This document shows positions 54,683 through 59,695 of a DNA stretch of 59,695 nt, piece after piece. The notes beneath the pieces are model-generated. The model did not search any database. It was not told the DNA's origin and saw only the letters and a program-made list of their open reading frames with translations. Position 1 is the stretch's first letter, and the number at the start of each line of letters is the position of its first letter. The stretch comes from a bacterium. GTDB taxonomy: Bacteria; UBA6262; WVXT01. Location of the stretch: contig DATKVN010000095.1 in the NCBI GenBank assembly GCA_035530055.1, positions 1-59,695 on the forward strand, read 5' to 3'. The translations under genes were made by a program, and so were the position numbers.

Positions 54683-55480
54683 ATGGTAAAGAAACTATTT
54701 GCACCAGTGGGAGAAAAAGAGGTTACACGAGCTATTGTAGATGAGTTTGCCAAACAGTTTTCCCAGTATGTGGAAAGCGATTGTCTTATTATAGGTGGTG
54801 GGCCCAGTGGATTAATGGCCGGGAAGGAACTGGCCACTCGTGGACTTAAAATTTTAATTGTAGAGAGAAATAATTATCTTGGTGGGGGTTTCTGGATTGG
54901 CGGGTACTTAATGAATAAGATAACCGTGAGAGAACCTGCACAGAAAGTCCTGGAAGAACTGGCTGTGCCGTATAAGGAAGTAAGCAAGGGGCTCTATGTA
55001 GCAGATGGACCTCATGCTTGTTCCAAACTTATTGGAGCTACCTGTGACAGTGGTGTGAAGTTTGCCAATATGACTGTTTTTGACGACCTCGTGCTCCGTG
55101 AGGGAGGTAAAGTGAATGGTGCTGTGATTAACTGGACGCCTATATCTTATTTACCTCGTGAGATTACCTGCGTTGACCCTGTGGCCTTAGAAGCCAAAAT
55201 GGTGATTGATGCCACTGGACACGATGCCTCGGCAGTGAGAAAATTGGAAGAGAGAGGACTAATAAAAATAAAGGGTATGGGAGCAATGTGGGTAGAGAGG
55301 TCTGAGAACCTGGTAGTGGAACATACTGGGGAAGCCTATCCTGGCCTTGTGGTAGTGGGTATGGCTGTGGCTACTACTTATGGTCTTCCCCGCATGGGAC
55401 CTACTTTTGGAGCAATGCTTCTTTCGGGAAAGAGAGGGGCAGAGGTAGTATTGGAAAAGTTGGGTATAAAAAAGAGATGA
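54683..55480 (+). CDS. thi4: Thiazole synthase Thi4, archaeal-type (no sacrificial Cys; presumed sulfide-dependent)
   Basis: [18 protein letters not shown] motif. DATGHDA (55208-55228) where yeast THI4 has, as I recall, SCGHDG. Confidence 0.8.
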   Translation: MVKKLFAPVGEKEVTRAIVDEFAKQFSQYVESDCLIIGGGPSGLMAGKELATRGLKILIVERNNYLGGGFWIGGYLMNKITVREPAQKVLEELAVPYKEVSKGLYVADGPHACSKLIGATCDSGVKFANMTVFDDLVLREGGKVNGAVINWTPISYLPREITCVDPVALEAKMVIDATGHDASAVRKLEERGLIKIKGMGAMWVERSENLVVEHTGEAYPGLVVVGMAVATTYGLPRMGPTFGAMLLSGKRGAEVVLEKLGIKKR

Positions 55481-56277
55481 AAATTTTCCTTTATGATGGT
55501 GGCAAGACTGAAGCTTTAGATATCGGGGAAATAGCCCGGTATCTTAAGGAGAACTCAGGTGGAGCCAAGGTTGAGGTTAGAGGCGATTTTATTGGTCAGG
55601 TTACAAAAGGAATGGAGGATTCCTCCCTGAGAGAGTTGGCTGAAGAGATAGCCAGATGTAAAATTCGAGACCTTCGTAGTTACCATTCTACTTTTGATCC
55701 ACTCACTGCTGAGGTAGAATACGAGAAAAGGAGACTGCAAGATTCAGAGAATAGAAGTTTGGGCATACTTTATGACGGCTTCAAGCTCCAGACATTATAT
55801 CAGGACTTGATAACAGAAGAAGAACGCAATTGGCATTGTCTGGCGATTATTTTTACAGACCAATTATTCGGAACCTGGGATGAACATAACCGTCGTTACC
55901 ATGCCCGGGTAAGCGTGTATGGATTTCCCACCATTATTTCCACTACGGGTATCGTGGAAGCTCCAGCTAAACCCAGGGAATTCTATTTACAGAAACAATG
56001 GGGAATTGATACAATTACCCTGAAGAAAAGATTTAAAGATAAGTTTATAGACTACGACGACACGCGGCTGACTGAAGTAATGAAAGGCTACTGTATACAG
56101 TCTCTATTTTTTTACATATCGGGCGAGCCTTTTTGTGAAGATAATAAATGTAGACTCTATAACGCACACTGGCAGGAAGAGGTAATAAATGCCCAGCTTG
56201 CCAGGCCCGAATTTTGCAAAAAACACGAGATGCTAATCAACAACATCAGGAATGGCAGACTGAAAATTAACCATTAA
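55477..56277 (+). CDS. Hypothetical protein, archaemetzincin-like scaffold lacking the HExxH motif
   Basis: ATGA-coupled to thi4. The C-terminal pattern C-x4-C-x-L-x19-C-x2-H (56134-56226) mirrors the archaemetzincin CX4CXMX17CXXC motif, but FFYISGEPF replaces HExxHxxGxxH. Confidence 0.4.
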   Translation: MKIFLYDGGKTEALDIGEIARYLKENSGGAKVEVRGDFIGQVTKGMEDSSLRELAEEIARCKIRDLRSYHSTFDPLTAEVEYEKRRLQDSENRSLGILYDGFKLQTLYQDLITEEERNWHCLAIIFTDQLFGTWDEHNRRYHARVSVYGFPTIISTTGIVEAPAKPREFYLQKQWGIDTITLKKRFKDKFIDYDDTRLTEVMKGYCIQSLFFYISGEPFCEDNKCRLYNAHWQEEVINAQLARPEFCKKHEMLINNIRNGRLKINH

Positions 56278-56283
56278 AAGATT

Positions 56284-56323
56284 CATCCAGCTCCTGAGAC
56301 CCTGATTTTTGCAGGGGCTGGAT
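56284..56323 (+). promoter_or_regulatory. 12-bp leader hairpin upstream of the homocysteine-synthesis gene (possible cis-regulatory RNA)
   Basis: ATCCAGCTCCTG ... CAGGGGCTGGAT with one U.G pair. Loop AGACCCUGAUUUUUG contains CCCU, complementary to the AAGGAGG SD at 56330-56336. Confidence 0.3.
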
Positions 56324-56341
56324 TCACATAAGGAGGAATGA

Positions 56342-57499
56342 ATGCCTAAAACTTTTGCAGAGATTAATGAAAAGATTAGAAATGGCGAAGCAGTGGTGGT
56401 AACTGCTGAAGAGGTTATCGACCTTGTAAAAGAAAAGGGAGAAAAAAAGGTTGCTAAGGAAGTAGACGTGGTAACCACAGCTACCTTTGGTCCAATGTGT
56501 TCCTCTGGAGCTTTACTGAATTTTGGGCATAGCGATCCGCCAATAAAGATGCAGAAGGTGTGGCTGAATGATGTTCCAGCTTATGCGGGGGTGGCGGCAG
56601 TTGATGCTTATATTGGAGCAACTGAGCTTTCTGAAACCAAATGGATGGAATATGGCGGAGCACATGTGATTGAGGATTTGATTTCAGGCAAAAAGGTGAG
56701 GCTTAGAGCTACTTCGTATGGAACGGATTGTTATCCCAGAAAAGAATTCGACTCTTACATTACCTTAGACTCGATCAATCAGGCAATTCTTTTTAATCCC
56801 AGGAATGCTTATCAAAATTATTCAGTAGCTACTAACTCATCGGATAGAACAATCTATACATATATGGGTATTCTCTTGCCCAACTTTGGTAATGCAAATT
56901 ATTGTAACTGTTCACAGCTCTCACCTTTAATTAATGACCCCTTATATCGCACTATCGGTGTGGGAACCAGGATATTTCTCGGTGGAGCACAGGGTTACAT
57001 TGCCTGGGAAGGCACACAACATAATCCCCGCCAGAAGAGGGATGAGAAAACTAAAATACCGATAGCTCCTGCAGGAACCCTGTGTTTGATAGGCAATTTG
57101 AAAGAGATGAGCCGCGATTTTCTAAGGGCAGCAATCTTCTACAAGTATGGTGTTACCCTTACAGTAGGGGTGGGGATACCCATTCCTATTCTCGATGAAG
57201 AGATGGCACATTTTGTCTCCATCTCCGATGAGGAGATATATACTACAATACTTGATTACAGTGTCCCCAGAAGAGAAAAACCAAATCTGGGCAGAGTAAG
57301 TTATAAAGAGTTAAGAAACGGGGAAATTGAAATAAAAAAGAAGAGGGTTCCTACTGCACCACTCTCCAGTCTTTACAAAGCCAGGGAGATAGCTCAGATT
57401 CTGAAAGAGTGGATTAAAAAAGGGAAGTTCTTCTTACAAGAGCCCATTCAACGGTTACCGGTGGATGAGAAATTTAAGCCTTTAGATATTAGACGTTAA
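56342..57499 (+). CDS. COG1900/DUF39 homocysteine biosynthesis protein (aspartate-semialdehyde sulfurtransferase type)
   Basis: KTFAEINEKI..GEAVVVTAEE..VDVVTTATFGPMCSSGA and GTRIFLGGAQGYI motifs recall the methanogen MA1821 family. Followed by a NIL-ferredoxin. Confidence 0.75.
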   Translation: MPKTFAEINEKIRNGEAVVVTAEEVIDLVKEKGEKKVAKEVDVVTTATFGPMCSSGALLNFGHSDPPIKMQKVWLNDVPAYAGVAAVDAYIGATELSETKWMEYGGAHVIEDLISGKKVRLRATSYGTDCYPRKEFDSYITLDSINQAILFNPRNAYQNYSVATNSSDRTIYTYMGILLPNFGNANYCNCSQLSPLINDPLYRTIGVGTRIFLGGAQGYIAWEGTQHNPRQKRDEKTKIPIAPAGTLCLIGNLKEMSRDFLRAAIFYKYGVTLTVGVGIPIPILDEEMAHFVSISDEEIYTTILDYSVPRREKPNLGRVSYKELRNGEIEIKKKRVPTAPLSSLYKAREIAQILKEWIKKGKFFLQEPIQRLPVDEKFKPLDIRR

Positions 57500-57500
57500 T

Positions 57501-57553
57501 GGAGTAGCGAAACTTGTTTCGCGATAATAACGCAGAGCAAGCTCTGCTACTCC
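57501..57553 (+). repeat. GGAGTAG Y-element
   Basis: GGAGTAG CGAAA-CTTG-TTTCG CGATAATAAC GCAGAG-CAAG-CTCTGC TACTCC. Starts 2 nt after the stop codon. Followed by TTGTAGGCA, as at 36651. Confidence 0.9.
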
Positions 57554-57585
57554 TCTTAATCGTTGTAGGCAATAAGGAGGTTTAC

Positions 57586-57996
57586 ATGGCAAAAAAGAGG
57601 ATAGTGTTAACTTTTCCTCCCGAATTGGTTGACCAACCGATAATTTACCGCCTGGTTAAAGATTACGATTTAGTTCCAAATATCCTACGCGCTCAGGTCA
57701 CACCTAAAGAGGAAGGAAAAATGGTACTGGAGTTGGAAGGGGGCAAGGAAGGAATTAACAAGGGTCTGAAATATCTGGAAGACATAAAAGTTGATGTCCA
57801 GCCACTGGCTAAGGATATAAAACTGGATGAACAGGAATGTACTTCGTGTGGGGCATGTATAGCTGTGTGCAGTCCTAAGGCGCTGTCCATGAATAAAGAG
57901 AGCTGGAAATTGGAATTCGATCGGAACAGATGCCTCCTCTGTGGTCTCTGTGTACTCGCTTGCCCTCTTGGGGTCATTCAGGTAGAGTTCGAATAA
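57586..57996 (+). CDS. NIL-domain / 2x[4Fe-4S] ferredoxin protein (partner of COG1900)
   Basis: MAKKRIVLTFPPELVDQPIIYRLVKDYDL (NIL domain). CTSCGACIAVCSP and CLLCGLCVLACP. ATG 57586 follows AAGGAGG. The tracked upstream 24 codons translate the repeat. Confidence 0.8.
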   Translation: MAKKRIVLTFPPELVDQPIIYRLVKDYDLVPNILRAQVTPKEEGKMVLELEGGKEGINKGLKYLEDIKVDVQPLAKDIKLDEQECTSCGACIAVCSPKALSMNKESWKLEFDRNRCLLCGLCVLACPLGVIQVEFE

Positions 57997-58004
57997 TAAG
58001 AAAA

Positions 58005-58026
58005 GGAGTAGCAGGCTTTAGTCTGC
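58005..58026 (+). repeat. GGAGTAG half-element supplying the mnmA Shine-Dalgarno
   Basis: GGAGTA GCAGGC-TTTA-GTCTGC, with one G.T pair on the + strand. No closing CTACTCC. Confidence 0.6.
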
Positions 58027-58044
58027 ATAAGAGAGTATTGTATT

Positions 58045-59175
58045 ATGAAAAGAGTAGTAGTAGCAATGTCTGGCGGAGTCGATTCCTCGACTACAGCGGC
58101 AATACTAAAAGACGAAGGATACGATGTAATCGGGATATTTATGTACCTTTATCCTTTTTGTGAGGAGACTCATCATCCATCCTTCCGACGGAATCGCTGT
58201 TGTAGTTTACAGGGGGTCAATGATGCCCGGAGTGTAGCACTCAAGTTGAAAATCCCCTTTTATGTCCTGAATTTCCAGAAGGAATTTCAGGAGAAGGTTG
58301 TCGACCATTTCTGCCAGGAGTACCGGAGAGGTAGGACTCCCAATCCCTGTATTCTCTGTAATCAGGAGATAAAATTCAGGCTCCTATTGGAAAAAGCAGA
58401 AAAGTTAGGAGCTCAATATTTAGCCACAGGCCATTATGCCAGAATAGAAAAGAACTCCCGAGGATATCTTTTGAAAAAAGGAGTAAAAGGGAACGGAGAA
58501 CAATCCTATTTCTTATATACTTTCACACAAGAGCAGATGGCACGAATTTTAATGGTTTTGGGAGGTTACGGGAAGGAAGAGGTGCGAAAGATTGCCAAAA
58601 AATTCGGTTTACCTGTAGCTGATAAAGAAGCAAGTCAAGAAATCTGTTTTATAGATGGAGATTATCGAAAATTTTTATCTTCCCACTTCCCTTCTGTTCC
58701 CGGAGAGATAGTTGATGTTAAGGGAAATGTTCTGGGTAAGCACCAGGGTGTAGCTTGTTATACTGTTGGTCAAAGGAGAGGAATCGGAGCTTATGGAAGA
58801 CCTTTTTACGTAATTTCCATCGACCCTGAGCATAACAGGATTGTAGTAGGTCCTGAACAGGAACTATTTTCTCAGGAACTTATTGCAAAGGATTTGCACT
58901 TTATATCACCAGAAGAAATAAAAGGGGACCTGCAGGTAGTAGCTAAAATAAGATATAACCACGTGGGGGAGGAAGCAGTAGTATCTCCTATGGGTGACGG
59001 CAAAGCGTTAGTCAGATTCAGAAGGCCCGTGCGCTCAGCTACTCCTGGTCAGGCGGTAGTTTTTTATGATGGAGATGTGGTTCTGGGAGGAGGAACGATA
59101 GAGAAAATAGTTAAATTCCCCTCACTTCAGTCCTCTACCCAGAGGGGAGAGGAAATAACTTTAAGGAGATTATAG
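58045..59175 (+). CDS. mnmA: tRNA 2-thiouridine(34) synthase MnmA, CxxC...C (Fe-S-type) variant
   Basis: VVVAMSGGVDSS PP-loop. NPCILCN (Cys102/Cys105) and EICFI (Cys201). E. coli has D at the first position, as I recall. Confidence 0.9.
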   Translation: MKRVVVAMSGGVDSSTTAAILKDEGYDVIGIFMYLYPFCEETHHPSFRRNRCCSLQGVNDARSVALKLKIPFYVLNFQKEFQEKVVDHFCQEYRRGRTPNPCILCNQEIKFRLLLEKAEKLGAQYLATGHYARIEKNSRGYLLKKGVKGNGEQSYFLYTFTQEQMARILMVLGGYGKEEVRKIAKKFGLPVADKEASQEICFIDGDYRKFLSSHFPSVPGEIVDVKGNVLGKHQGVACYTVGQRRGIGAYGRPFYVISIDPEHNRIVVGPEQELFSQELIAKDLHFISPEEIKGDLQVVAKIRYNHVGEEAVVSPMGDGKALVRFRRPVRSATPGQAVVFYDGDVVLGGGTIEKIVKFPSLQSSTQRGEEITLRRL

Positions 59176-59695
59176 TGAAAATTTTTGTTACTGTTTCTTT
59201 GATATTCTTTTCGGCTATTTTCTGTTTTGCTAAAGAGTCTTCTCCCATTCTGTATAATTCTTTCGACGGTATACCTATAGGAGCCAAGCCGGGAGGAATG
59301 GGAGAGGCGTTTGTTGCTTTAGTGAACAACGCCGATGCTCCTTACTGGAATCCTGCGGGACTGATTTTCTTAGAGAGTAATCTATATACTTTTATGTTTG
59401 ACCTGGCAAGGAGTAAAGCGAAAGGAGAGAATGTTGTAGAGAGAGAACCCTTGCAGGGCAAGCGGTTCACTTATTTATCTTTTTGTAGTAGTCTGGGAGC
59501 GTTAAGCTGGCGACCGTTATCCAATTTTAGAGAAGAAGATAGCGTCTTGTACTCCGAGCGAGAGATTAACATTAACAAATACACGCTTTCCTTTGCTATT
59601 CCCTATAGTCCAGAAGTTTCTTTCGGGATGAATATAAACTATCTGCATGGCTCGCTGGGAATTGCTCAAGAGGTCCCTTCACCTCAGGCGAACAT
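59175..59695 (+). CDS. Signal-peptide outer-membrane beta-barrel protein (FadL/PorV-like N-terminal motif), 3'-partial
   Basis: Not in the ORF track. GTG 59175 is 6 nt after AAGGAG. The frame is open to the window end. VKIFVTVSLIFFSAIFCFA signal peptide. GGMGEAFVALVNNADAPYWNPAGL motif. Confidence 0.6.
   Translation, partial: MKIFVTVSLIFFSAIFCFAKESSPILYNSFDGIPIGAKPGGMGEAFVALVNNADAPYWNPAGLIFLESNLYTFMFDLARSKAKGENVVEREPLQGKRFTYLSFCSSLGALSWRPLSNFREEDSVLYSEREININKYTLSFAIPYSPEVSFGMNINYLHGSLGIAQEVPSPQAN

Noticed and set aside
1-59695. Phage, defence-island or transposon content
   Set aside because: I recognised no integrase, transposase, restriction-modification, toxin-antitoxin, Cas, retron/RT or phage structural genes. 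The only selfish-looking ORF is DUF559, reported separately.

Overview
59.7-kb window from what looks like an uncultivated diderm (LPS-making), probably anaerobic, bacterium. I did not recognise the organism. I count about 51 protein genes, all on the + strand and tightly packed, with many ATGA/TAATG overlaps. Gene order: (1) outer-membrane and lipid A block: tamB (5' partial), bamA, skp, lpxD, fused lpxC/fabZ, lpxA, lpxI, a GnnA-like oxidoreductase, lpxB, msbA. (2) nfeD, nfeD, floA. (3) a ~14-kb surface-glycan cluster: DegT aminotransferase, GT-C+TPR, WbpB/WbpD-like pair, GT2, an AT-rich island with FkbM methyltransferase, a B12-radical SAM enzyme, GT4, two SDR epimerases and a flippase-like membrane protein. 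(4) hrcA (perfect CIRCE), grpE, dnaK, dnaJ. (5) rsmE, PAC2, mtaB, lepA, lepB, tatC. (6) an operon of a Tat-signal AmmeMemoRadiSam-type radical SAM enzyme, a polytopic spermidine-synthase-like protein and a Tat-signal DUF362 protein. (7) a sulfur-trafficking supercluster: iscR, iscU, cysE, cysK, rseC, nifS, DUF559, Cys-less thi4, an archaemetzincin-like orphan, COG1900 homocysteine synthesis protein, NIL-ferredoxin, mnmA, then a 3'-partial outer-membrane protein. I saw no rRNA, tRNA, CRISPR array, transposase or obvious defence gene. The most unusual signal is non-coding. Thirteen intergenic gaps are filled with one modular system of nested hairpin repeats: Y-shaped GGAGT...ACTCC two-hairpin elements, GTAG-plus-palindrome REP-like units and GTAGTGTAG...CTACACTAC elements. 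Copies differ by compensatory base-pair changes and are inserted inside one another. All product calls come from motif recognition in the supplied translations; no database search was possible.
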